Positions 42,686 through 54,330 of a stretch of 64,000 bases of DNA are shown in pieces (position 1 is the stretch's first letter; every line of letters begins with the position of its first letter). The notes under the pieces are model-generated. The model was given only the letters and a program-made list of their open reading frames with translations. It was not told the origin of the DNA and did no database searches. The position numbers and the translations under genes were made by a program. This stretch comes from Macrostomum lignano (lineage: Eukaryota): positions 663,598-727,597 of the forward strand of contig NIVC01000376.1 in NCBI GenBank assembly GCA_002269645.1, written 5' to 3'.

Positions 42686-44225
42686 CACCCTCACCCTTGG
42701 CTCCGTTAAGGAGTTTCTGAGTTCCTCGTTTCTAAGTTTTCTAAGTTTCCTGACAGTTCTATTTGTCCTATCCGTTCGTGTGCGTACAATCAACTCTTGC
42801 CTGACCATCCACCACAGGCCTATACGAGATCCAGGCTAACTCTGCCCTCCCAACCACCCGTTGAGCCCGGCAGGATCTGCTGACGAGACGCATTGTACGT
42901 TGAGCTGCAAATCTACACACGATGCTGAGTTCGTTGACTTGTTTATTTCGTTCCGACGGGAAGCTCACCTTACCGAAGGCCGAGACCTGAAGGAACTGGT
43001 GGCAGCACTACCTACGCTACTATAAGACCTACGAGAAGACTTCCAAGAGAAGGCTTGAGAGCTTCTGAACATGCGACAACAACTCAGCCGAACTGTTTAC
43101 GGATCGTGTGAGCAACAATTGAGGCACTTTTGCAAGAAAAATATTATGAACATTATGAAATCGATAGCTTTTTACAGCCAAAATTTTTCAGGCAAAAAAA
43201 TCTTTTTTGAATCTCCCCAGACAAGCTCGTCAATGCACGAGTGAGTTTGTGCCCCGGCACGCGAAGTTGAATATAGCTGTAACCAACCTGTGCAGGAAGA
43301 AAGAACCAATCCCAAACTAATCCAAATGAAACTGCCTTACTGACTGGATGAGGAGAAAGGCAGAAGTTTGCAAAAAAAGTTGTCTTTGACGCATTAGAAA
43401 AGTGGCACCGATGGCACCGAAGATGACATTGAAAGTACAATTATTTTCAGCTTTTACAACGGCTCGAAGTGAAGATGTCATCCGGTGTTGTTTGCCGGTG
43501 TCGCGTTGCATACAAAAAGCTAGTCAATAGAATTTTTTCAACGAAATGGGCGTTAAAATCTTGTGCGCAAATATTGAGTCATTAGTTAAAACAGGACTTA
43601 AACAGGAAGTGAAAATTCACTTCCCAACCCACTCGACACTTTGGGCATGTCCTGTTGTTCTCCTAAGGGATCTTTGATCTCGCAGTCCTCATTGTTTCAC
43701 AGGCTGGTTTATGGATTGCTAATCTTACCTGTGTTGACAGGGTGCGCTTGAATTTTGGATTGGAAATTCCTAGGACATACTTTTCAGTTAAGTAGTACAA
43801 AGTCCTCTACTCTTTGTCTCTAGTGTCTCGTAAATTCGTTGAAAGCTGGCTTTACGTGTTTTCTGATAGATTTCCCTACTCATCCATATTAACTAGATAA
43901 TGACTGCAATGACCTTGGTCCCAGGTGCCGCTTAGGTGCTACTGATTCTAATGCACACCCATTGTGGCATCCTCTTGATTAGAAAATCCACGAATTCCTT
44001 GTATACAAGGCTGTAGACCAACAAAAGCAATACTTCTGTCTGCTATTGTCGTGAGTGCAACAGCTCAGCTCTTGGTTGCTCCAAGTTACTGTACTGCACC
44101 CACTTCCATTCGCAAGTGTAAGCGAAGTTTAACGCGGAATTTTATATTTCTGATCCGCGGGGAGCGAAAACCAGTGCACGGTGAGGCATTTGAGTTGGTA
44201 AATTTTTGAGAATTGTAATTGAGTA

Positions 44226-45464
44226 TTACGGTCTGAGGTCAACCATTCGAAAACTGTTCGAGTAGTCCATTTGAGGCCTCGGCTGGAGCTGAATCTGCTG
44301 CCGCTGGCGCTGCCTTTGCCTGCTGCGAAACTGGTTCTGGCGTCGGCGACGTCGACCAGCCCGAGTTCGTCTCAGCACCGCCATTCGAAAGGTCCGACTG
44401 GCGTACATGTAGATGAAGAAGTTGCAGGTGGAGTCCAGGTTGACGCAAAAGTTGCTCACGTCAAGCGCGTAGGCCATGAAGGCGTCCCAGAACTGGCTCT
44501 GCTCCGGCAGCTGCGTGCCCAGCAGCACCACTAGGAAGGAGGGCGACTCCAGGCAGACGAAGGCGGCCAGGAGGGCCCGCACCATCCGCGTGGCCTTGCT
44601 GCAGTAGCGGGAGGCGCTCCCCGCCTGACGGCGCAGCGCCAGCGTCATGGCAACAGATGCGATGGCCACTAGGCAGACTGGCAGCACCGCCTGGGCCACT
44701 AGGGAGGCCAGCCAGAACTCCGCGTAGAATGGAAGCGGCTGCCGCTTCAGCTTGGCCACGATCTGGCCGGTGGCTGGGCAGTAGGCGAAGGCCTCCTGGA
44801 ACATCTTGGGCAGCGCGAAGCCAAGCCCGACCGCCACCATGCAGGCGTGCGCCAGCAGAATTCTTCGTCGACGGCTCGAGCAGAGGCAGCGGAAAAAGCG
44901 TCGAAAGACTCCAGAGCCGCAGCGGCCACCGCCTCCGCCAGCATCGTCTCCTTCTTCGTCGCCGCTGTCGTCAACGCCGAGGCCAGAGGAGCGAGCGAAC
45001 GGCTGCAGGACCACCTGGCAGCGAGCCAAGGCAATGGATACCACGCACCAGTTTCTGGTGAGCAGGAAGGCATTGGCAAACAGCCAGCCGATGGACAGGA
45101 AGGCCACGAGGCCGCTGGCTGCCCCGGGCGATGCGTAGCTGACATGCGAGCGCAGGACCTCAGTGAGCAGGCGGGCGAGCTCAACGCTGGTCATGCCGGA
45201 GACGGCGAACATCTCCGCCGAGCTGAGCAGCAGCAGCAGCAGGCGGACCGTGGGGTCTCTGTGCGGGTGCCGCAGGAATACCAGCAGGCTGATTCCGTTC
45301 AGGGCCAAGTTGACCAGTCCGACCACCACGAAGAGGGCCTTCAGAGCAATGCGAGGTCCGGATACGCCGCCAGCTGCCGCAGCGTCCTTGCTGACCGAGT
45401 AGGGGTAGGTGTCATTGTCGTCCAGGTTGGAACAATTGTCCCGCAGGAGCACCAGCTCAAACAT
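44226..45464 (-). CDS. Intronless class A (rhodopsin-like) orphan GPCR, peptide-receptor-like
   Basis: Seven hydrophobic segments: TM1 GLVNLALN, TM3 TRNWCVVSIALARC, TM6 VCLESP and TM7 NLDSTCNFFIY. The probable ATG is at 45464, preceded by an acceptor-like ctgcag. The N-terminus has an N-glycosylation sequon. Confidence 0.9.
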   Translation of the reverse strand: MFELVLLRDNCSNLDDNDTYPYSVSKDAAAAGGVSGPRIALKALFVVVGLVNLALNGISLLVFLRHPHRDPTVRLLLLLLSSAEMFAVSGMTSVELARLLTEVLRSHVSYASPGAASGLVAFLSIGWLFANAFLLTRNWCVVSIALARCQVVLQPFARSSGLGVDDSGDEEGDDAGGGGGRCGSGVFRRFFRCLCSSRRRRILLAHACMVAVGLGFALPKMFQEAFAYCPATGQIVAKLKRQPLPFYAEFWLASLVAQAVLPVCLVAIASVAMTLALRRQAGSASRYCSKATRMVRALLAAFVCLESPSFLVVLLGTQLPEQSQFWDAFMAYALDVSNFCVNLDSTCNFFIYMYASRTFRMAVLRRTRAGRRRRRQNQFRSRQRQRQRQQIQLQPRPQMDYSNSFRMVDLRP

Positions 45465-45895
45465 GCCTGCAGTTGGCTTGACAACTTGGACAATAAATAT
45501 TTTTACGCTCGTAACTAGCTCGATATGCCTTTTCCGTAGCTGAGCGTCGAACGTCGAGAGCGGAACTCGAAGAAGAATTATAAAGAGGGAGTCGGAGTGA
45601 GTGCGGGCAAAAGACTTGGTTTCTGGCACGGCCTGTGATTGGTTGAAATTCGCAGAGCTTTGAGACTCGCTGGATAGGGAAAGGAGGCATCAAGGGCAGA
45701 TTTACGGGAGTCTGTTTCAGTAACGTAAGCAGCTACTACAGTTTTTATATGAAATCCATTGTGAAAATCGCACCAGCATATTGACGTCAGGATCGAATGG
45801 GTCACATGACATTAGATAATTCATAGAAGTTAAGTTTATTAATGCTATCAAAGTGCTTTGCATCTAAATTTACCAGTCATGTAAGATATACACAC

Positions 45896-46205
45896 AGGGG
45901 ACCGTAGCCCTGCTGTGGTCTAGCGCGGCGCTCTGATTTTCCAGCAGCCCAAACTCGATTCCAAGTGCAGTCACATTAATTTGGGGCTAAACGCCCTTGA
46001 GGGCCAACCCCCAAGGCACAGTGAACTGTACATGCCTAACGATAAATAAAGTTAGGGCCGCTGTACACTCCTGTGTGAGTGTTTGCCTGTGCGTGTGACT
46101 GCGTACGTTTCCGCTCGCTTGTATGCCTGCTCGGGGGAGTCGGCGGAATGGGCAGCAATGCCTCTCGCCGGTCGTGTGCACACAGCCCCCTGCCTCTAAT
46201 AAAAA
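45896..46205 (+). mobile_element. SINE family 2 copy with internal deletions
   Basis: Head gggaccgtagccc...ctcgattccaagtgcagtcacattaatttggggctaa and tail ccctgcctctaataaaaa match 38181-38540. Confidence 0.9.
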
Positions 46206-46479
46206 GAGATACAGCCCCGATATGCGTAACTATATGCGAGTATTTATCAATTCTAAGCAGCAGCCTTGTAACTTTGAGTCAAAATCCATTGAAGATGAAT
46301 TTGAGCCACAAGTTACCCCGCAATCACCGATTTTTTACGACTACGCTCGTATCAGTCCGTCAAAATCCGATTCCATAAACGGCTTGTGAGCTGGTAGAGC
46401 CGTATCCTAGCAGTTTTTGTTTGACAGTCGTTCAATGCACAGTATACCAATATGGATAGGCTGCAGAGGGCTGAAACGA

Positions 46480-46809
46480 ACTGAAATGTCAAAGCGTTAT
46501 TGCTCGTTTCTGCTGAGCAGCCTGTCCATATTAATATATTGGAGTCTAGAGAGCATAGCGCCAAGTGAGGATTTACCACAGACAGTCTCAGCGGGCGTGA
46601 AACCATGGGTGAATAAAACCATGGATTACCTGTGTGATGTGCATTTCAAGAACGAAGATTTTCTTACTTTGGCACAGGGTAGCCAAGCTCCTGATGAGAG
46701 TAGAAAAAGATTAAGACCGGTAGCGGTTTTGAAGTACAAATGGCCAGATCCTCCAGTCTTGCAGCGCTTCGATGCTGAAGACCCAGCTGAACCCGACACG
46801 GAGAGCTAG
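46480..46809 (+). mobile_element. THAP zinc-finger remnant, likely a DNA transposon relic
   Basis: KPWVNKTMDYLCDVHFKNEDF...RKRLRPVAV matches the C-terminal half of THAP (W...CxxHF...L...AV). The N-terminal CxxxxC is incomplete. Confidence 0.55.
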
Positions 46810-47837
46810 CATTGGCAAAGGAAGCTTAAAGTCTGACTCAAGCAAAAGAAGCCTTATTTTATATTCAAAAAGGATTCTACAAAAGATTTCTTAAGGTCAA
46901 GTCCAAGGCATTTGCCTCTGCAGTAATAATCAAACAACTGATGGGAAGTGCGCAACTGAATTCTAAAGTTTCAGGGAAAATCAATCGAAATTTTCACTGA
47001 ATCAGCTGCAAAGCTATGTTAAAAACGTCTTGGAGACTGCAGCACGGGGAGTACTCTCTACTGGGCTAAGACTCTTAAAGACTTAAAGATTTGAGATTTA
47101 TTACCGTTTGTCCCGGTCACAGACTAGAGAAATTGTTTATTGGCCCGAGAACAAAAGCATTTTTGTTTGAACGAATAAAGCATGTAGAATATGACTAAAG
47201 AGTATCGCTTTTAACGATCTAAAAATATAGGGTTTAATACTTGGTTTTGAGTGCTTAAATGTCTAGGTCACGAGTGCGCTTCGCACTCGTAGTAGTGGTA
47301 TTGAGTAAATAAACAGCGGCCCCAGTGCGTGACAACGATTGTTATTTGCTCGCGCCTACCGGCGCTCGCAAAACAATCATTGTTTATGAATAGCGATAGC
47401 GATACAATCGATATCGATAGCGATAGCGACCCAATAGCGATACAATCTTTTCATTGTATCGCTATTGGACGATCAAATCGTATGAACTGTCTGTGGCATA
47501 GAAAAGTGAGACGCTCGTAGCAGGGGGGTGTGAAGAAAACTTGAAGAAAACTTTGATGTCTATGGTAGAGTGTATTCATACCCTTCTCTCTAGCCTATTT
47601 GACGATATTAGCATTGAGGATTACCATAGACAAAACTTGCATTGCAACGCACAAAAACAAACAAACAATGAATTGTAACGCATAAAAACTACAAATAATG
47701 ATCGTCAAATTGCTATACAATGTAACACGATATATATTTCTCGTGCATTAATGACTCCAGCCAATACGCGATCACGAGCCATTTAAGCACGATTTTAGCG
47801 TTTAATGCACGCTTTTACACATTTATATCGTGTTACC

Positions 47838-48502
47838 ATGGGAATTTGGACAATCAAAACGGGATGCATAGACATTCAAGCCAGGCCTCAGATCACACCC
47901 TAGTCATGGACTTAAGCAGTTTAGCAAAAAAGTCCACTGAGGGAGGCTTAGCCATAGACTATAGCTTTGGACATTCAAAACAGGAATTGGACTGAGATTT
48001 TATAGCTCTCTGTCCCTCACTCCACTGTTTGCTCGTCTTTGGCCTGAAAGCGACCCCTCATCCAATGGCGCCACCTATTCCTGTAGCAGATCACCAGCGG
48101 CTGATTGCTGCGATTTACCAAGGGTCATCCATCGCAAGAGCTGCAAGAATCTTGCAAATCCGAATCGCTGCCAACTTTCGACTCGATGGCAGAGTGGAAT
48201 CTCTTCCTCGCGGTGGTCGGAAAGAGGGGTTGTGCAACGTCGATCAGGAAATGAGAGAATTCTTGGTTGAGAAACTCGATGAAAATCCTTTCCTGACGCT
48301 CAAGAAACTGTCTGAACTGCTGACCGAGAGCTTTTCCGAGATATAAAAAATGCATTAAATTGGGCAAATTCCTATTTTGAATGGCTTTTTTTCCATTTTG
48401 ATTGTTCATTTCACATTCAATGGTCGTGTATTCCCAAGCAGCCCGAGTCTGTGACCTGGCGTGAATGTCTATGGCGTCCCGTTTTGATTGTCCAAATTCC
48501 AT
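47838..48502 (+). mobile_element. Internally deleted Tc1/IS630-like DNA transposon with about 55-bp inverted repeats
   Basis: Imperfect inverted repeats at 47838-47895 and 48447-48502. The internal ORF SIARAARIL...PRGGRK...LDENPFLTLKKL resembles a transposase HTH region. There is no DDE domain. Confidence 0.65.
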
Positions 48503-50269
48503 TTAGTTCGTCAAAAGCGATAGCAACTGCAGATACGTTTGTCATTGTCCATAAGACACAACCTGGCGTAATGACAAACTCAACTGGCCATTAATTCAGC
48601 TTTAGCAGGCGTTTGAACCATAGACGATTAGTTAATTATGCATTTATTAACTGACATAAGGGAATAATGTTCGCAAATTGCAGTCCACATGGCATTCTGG
48701 AATACATTGAGAAGAAAAAAGGATAGTCAAGACATTTTAGCCACCAAACAATGGATAAACAATCAGCGGTCCCAGTGCGTGACAACGACAATCGTTGTCA
48801 CGTGCTGCGACCGCTGATTCTTTGCATTGTTTTTCTGTTTGACGATTCTACAGACAAGGCATTTTTTGGACGTAGTAATGGATTGCTCTGCATTAAAAAT
48901 GTGAATAATGATCGTCAAATTGCATAACAATGGAAAACGCGCACATTAAGCACAAAAACAACACAGTAGTCATGCGTCCGGAAACAGCTTTTACCATAGA
49001 CAACAAAGGAATCTTCAGTAGCCGATCACGGATGAAGGAATAGAAAGGATCGCTCATCTGAAAGCGAGTCTATGGCCAAAAGCTCATAAAAATTGGGATA
49101 TTCCCCCTTATGAATTTCATTGGCTGATGGAATTTAATAATAGTCCCCCCCTAAGTTCTTAATGGCTGAAGCTTGTACGCGAGGGAAATTCCAAAGTCAC
49201 GATTAACGTTAGACATCTTTAACTGCTTTTTTCCTCTGGGCCACGACGGCTTAAGGGAAAGAAATTAGATTTAGAATTCCTTGCTTCATCCATGTAGCCG
49301 ATCGCGGTGCGAACGGAGGCTTCGCGGAGCAAAATTGCACCGCAAATTTCAAGGCAGACGAGCAAATAAATGCTTTTGTTCATCCATGCGTTAAAACGAT
49401 GCCTAAAAGATAGATATATACATAGAAATTCTATAGCAAAATTCCTCAAAGACATGACACAAGCCATAATGCAACTGCCCTGGGGTTTCATATTGGTATC
49501 GAATAAGCTCGAACACTGCATACTTCTTTTGCTGTATTTTCTGTATTTTATTTGTTTCCCTTAAACAATATACGAGCATAACGGGTGATCCAAAAAAATG
49601 GACAAACTTAGTAGTGAAACAGTGCCAAGGCAATACAGTGAATTTTTACAGGCTCGCAGCAGGTGAATCCTGACACCTGTAAGATTTTTTCTGCCAACTT
49701 TGGAATGGATATCTTTATCCAGTTTCCTAAATTTAGCCATTTGCGTAGTAAAAAACTGTTAAGCAGACATGTATCTGAAATGGATGCATTTGAAAAACAG
49801 ATTTGCAGGGACAATCGAGTGCGTTCCAATTTATTTTAAAGCTGCACGTTCAGTGGTGCGTCGGAGTCGGCTTCCTGCCGGGCTTTTTCAAAATGACATC
49901 GGAAATTAATTGCCAAAGGAGAGAAAGCACACATATGCACACGCGAGCAACAATTGCAGCAGGGAGTGAAACGACAAATTTGGCAGTTAATTTCGCTTTT
50001 AAATGAGGACAGTATTCTAATTAATTTAAAGCAGACACTGTGAGTACGATTGAAAGCGATTATAAACGAGAGGTATTGAGTTTGCTTCAGATGGGGCATC
50101 GGGTCTATGCAATTTTCCCACCGAGGATTTATTCACAAAGAGAGGACTTCTGCGTAAAAAGCAAAGCATCCCTATTTCCAGAAAGATCGGTCCCCTTTTG
50201 TGATTGTCTCATTAAAACACCTGATTTTGGACGCAACGACCCTGGGTGCTGTTTTCTGACCTCGTGCGA

Positions 50270-50385
50270 GTACACGGATACATACGCAGTCAAGCGCTCA
50301 TACAGGGTGTACAGTGGCCCTGACTTTATTTTTGTCAAGCCCATGCATACTCTGCGCCTTTGAAGTTGGCCCTCATGGTCAAAGG
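50270..50385 (-). mobile_element. SINE family 2 fragment
   Basis: The reverse complement gives agggccaacttcaaaggcgcagagtatgcatggg...aaataaagtcagggccactgtacaccctgtatgag. Confidence 0.65.
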
Positions 50386-50899
50386 AGTCTTACGCAAATC
50401 CACGGACCAAATTATGAGAACGAACGGCACTCAACCGCAAGAGAAATTGGACCCTCTTGTAGGACCTTTTAGAAGTTTAAGGGCGGGTTTTTTCTCAACA
50501 AAGGTCAACTTTTGAAGGACTTTGGATGGCTATATTCTGTTACATAACGTAAATTAATGGAAGAGTTTGTAACGCAAATCCGACAGCGAAGTTCTCGAAC
50601 GAAATGAGCAGTCTTTAATTAAACCAATTTGATCACTGAAAGAACCGCGGACCTCGGTTGAACCTTGAAATGCGTAACTGGAATATAATTTATAAGATAG
50701 CAAAGGCGGGAGAACACCCACTATAATTTTTATTAGCGAATTTTGAAGTCCGCTTCGGCCATCATCGCAGAATTCGAAAATTTGTTTTAACATAAATCCT
50801 ACTGGACCGTAAAATCTGCACTCAAACACGCGCTGCCGTCCTCCAAGCTTCATCCATCCTACGAGTATAGCTAGAGCATACTCGATTCTTTCACGGACT

Positions 50900-51190
50900 C
50901 CTCACTAGGCTCAGAGAAGACTGTCCTGTCTCACTAGGCTCAGAGAAGACTGTCCTGTCTCACTAGTAGGCTCAGTGAAGACTGTCCTGTCTCACTAGTA
51001 GGCTCAGTGAAGACTGTCCTGTCTCACTAGTAGACTCAGAGAAGACTGTCCTGTCTCACTAGTAGACTCAGTGAAGACTGTCCTGTCTCACTAGTAGACT
51101 CAGAGAAGACTGTCCTGTCTCACTAGTAGGCTCAGAGAAGACTGTCCTGTCTCACTAGTAGACTCAGAGAAGACTGTCCTGTCTCACTAG
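50900..51190. repeat. 29/32-bp minisatellite (ctcactag[tag]gctcagagaagactgtcctgt)n
   Basis: Direct reading. Confidence 0.96.
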
Positions 51191-51894
51191 GCCGAGAGAC
51201 AGGAGGTTGAAAAGCTTCCCACGCATTAATCAGAGGCGGTACTGCACTTTGCAAGCAAATATCCGTGTTGCAGAAAGAGCATGATGCGGGATGAATGTAG
51301 CATTTTTCGAGGCGACCGAATCGAATGCTCAGAAGCAGTCGCCTGTTGCAGTGAGTCGTTAAAATAAAAATGATTTGCCTTGCTATGCTTAACAATTGGC
51401 AATGCAATGCATTAGCAGCAGGTGGGGCGCCGACTGAAGAGGCGCCTTACAATTCCGATGAGAGGAGAGGCAAAGAGGGGAGAGAGAAGCCAGCTGGGCC
51501 CACCGATCACGAGACAAACGGGCAGAAGCGAAATGGAGAATAAAAGGAAGCTCATGGGCACGCTTCGATGCGGCTAATTATTGAGGCACGGGCTTGTAAA
51601 CAACACCTGCTCAGTTCCTCCCGCCTACAGCCTCTCGGCTAGCGGAGCAGAATTTTAGCTATCGGAATTTATGCAGCCTCTTGGGTAACTCTGTGATCTA
51701 TTTATTCACCTGCAGAAGCAATGCGGCGCTAGGAAATTCAGGAAAAACGTCTAAAAATCTTGATTGATAAGCAAACGCGAGCTATTTGCAAAAACATGAA
51801 TAATATGAGCACTATTATTTTAATTAAATATTCCGTTAGGCCTTTTGAGCAGACTAAACACAACTGTACGTCATTGGCCTGCGAGACAAATCAC

Positions 51895-52630
51895 CAGTCG
51901 ATGAGTCACTGAATCTGCCATAGCACCAGTCTATGAGTCACTGAATCTGCCATAGCACCAGTCTATGAGTCACTGAATCTGCCATAGCACCAGTCTATGA
52001 GTCACTGAATCTGCCATAGCACCAGTCTATGAGTCACTAAATCTGCCATAGCACCAGTCTATGAGTCACTGAATCTGCCAAACCACCAGTCTATGAGTCA
52101 CTGAATCTGCCATAGCACCAGTCTATGAGTCACTGAATCTGCCAAACCACCAGTCTATGAGTCACTGAATCTGTAAAATCACCAGTCTATGAGTCACTGA
52201 ATCTGCCATAGCACCAGTCTGAGTCACTGAATCTGCCAAACCACCAGTCTGAGTCACTGAATCTGCCAAACCACCAGTCTATGAGTCACTGAATCTGCCA
52301 AACCACCAGTCTATGAGTCACTGAATCTGTCAAACCACCAGTCTGAGTCACTGAATCTGCCAAACCACCAGTCTATGAGTCACTGAATCTGTCAAACCAC
52401 CAGTCTGAGTCACTGAATCTGCCAAACCACCAGTCTATGAGTCACTGAATCTGTCAAATCACCAGTCTATGATTCAAACCACCGGTATATGAGTCAAACC
52501 ACCAGTGTATGAGTCACTAAATCTGCCAAACCACCAGTGTATGAGTCACTAAATCTGCCAAACCACCAGTGTATGAGTCACTGAATCTGCCAAACCAGTG
52601 TATGAGTCACTGAATCTGCCAAGCCAGTCT
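51895..52630. repeat. 32-bp minisatellite (agtctatgagtcactgaatctgccatagcacc)n
   Basis: Direct reading. Each unit carries a TGAGTCA heptamer. Confidence 0.96.
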
Positions 52631-53194
52631 ATGGTGACAGTAGAAATAACGAAAAACAGACACACTAACAGGATGTTTTCAAAACACGGAAACATGAAAA
52701 AAAACGCAAACAAGAAATCAATAAAAATTGTGAAAAATGATTTATTCCAACTAAATTAAATAATCACGCTTTGTAAGACCGCACTCCAATAGTACAGCAG
52801 CAAATCACATAAATCGGCACTAATCTTCGCAACTGGAGGTAACAACAAAAGTCTACCTATCTGTTTGATCGCGGAGAAATCAGGGAAAATATAAATTCAA
52901 TAAAGAAATTTAAACAGGAAAAAACTGAAATCTTGGAATTTGATCTAAACTTTTTTGGCCGCTGTGATTCAATTGGCAAACGAAACTTGAGACAAGTGGG
53001 CTACAAGTGATGAATGAGCTTAAAAATTTAAATGGAAAAGTTCAATTCTATACACTTTATTAACAAATTATAACAGTTTACTAAAAGACATTTTTTAAAT
53101 GCCTGAAAGCACACTTTTCAAACTACAATTCAATATCAATGTTTTTAAAAATTCAACTCCTGACATCTTCGATTTAAACCGTAAGACCACTCAA

Positions 53195-54330
53195 TGAGAA
53201 GTCCAATCTCACCCTATCTAACCCCATCTCACTGAGAAGTCCAATCTCACCCCATCTCACTGAGAAGTCCAATCTTACCCTATCTCACCCCATCTCACTG
53301 AGAAGTCCAATCTTACCCTATTTCACCCCATCTCACTGAGAAGTCCAATCTCACCCCATCTCACTGAGAAGTCCAATCTCACCCTATCTCACCCCATCTC
53401 ACTGAGAAGTTCAATCTCACCCCATCTCACTGAGGAGAAGTCCAATCTCACCCTAACTCACTGAGGAGAAGTCCAATCTCACCCTAACTCACTGAGGAGA
53501 AGTCCAATCTCATCTCCTCTAACCAATGAGAAGTCTAATTTCAATCAATCTAACTAAGAAGTCCAATCTCACATCATTTAACGAAGAAGTCTAATCTCAC
53601 CCTATCTAACTGATGAGAAGTCTAATCTCACCCAGTCACCCTATCTCATTGAGGAGAAGTTCAATCTCATCATATCTAACAAAGAAGAAGTCTAATTTAA
53701 ACTTATCGAACCAAAAAGTTCAATCTCCTCCCACATAACCACGAAGAAGTCCAATCTCACCCCATCTCATTGAGGAGAAGTCCAATCTCACACCATCTTA
53801 CTGAGGAGAAGTCCAATCTCAGCCCATCTCACTGAGGAGAGGTCCAATCTCACCCCATCTCACTGAGAAATCCAATCTCACCCATCTCACTGAGAAGTCC
53901 AATCTCACCCCCATCTCATTGAAGAGAAGTCCAATCTCACCCGATTTTATTGAGGAGAAGTCCAATCTCACCAAATCTCACTGAGAAGTCCAATCTCACC
54001 CCATCTCACTGAGAAGTCCAATCTCACCCCATCTCACTGAGAAGTCCAATCTCACCCCATCTCACTGAGAAGTCCAATCTCACCCCATCTCACTGAGAAG
54101 TCCAATCTCACCCCATCTCACTGAGAAGTCCAATCTCACCCCATCTCACTGAGAAGTCCAATCTCACCCCATCTCACTGAGAAGTCCAATCTCACCCCAT
54201 CTCACTAAGAAGAAGTTTAATCTCACCCTATCTCACTGAGATTTTCAATCTCACCCCATCTCATATAAAATCTCTGAATCTTATTGAAGAGAAGCCCAAT
54301 CTCACCCCAGCTCACTGAGCAGTCCAATCT
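53195..54330. repeat. 28-bp minisatellite (gagaagtccaatctcaccccatctcact)n, probably inside a 3' UTR
   Basis: Homogeneous at 53990-54200 and degenerate elsewhere. It lies between the stop at 54302 and a minus-strand AATAAA at 52741-52746. Confidence 0.95.
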
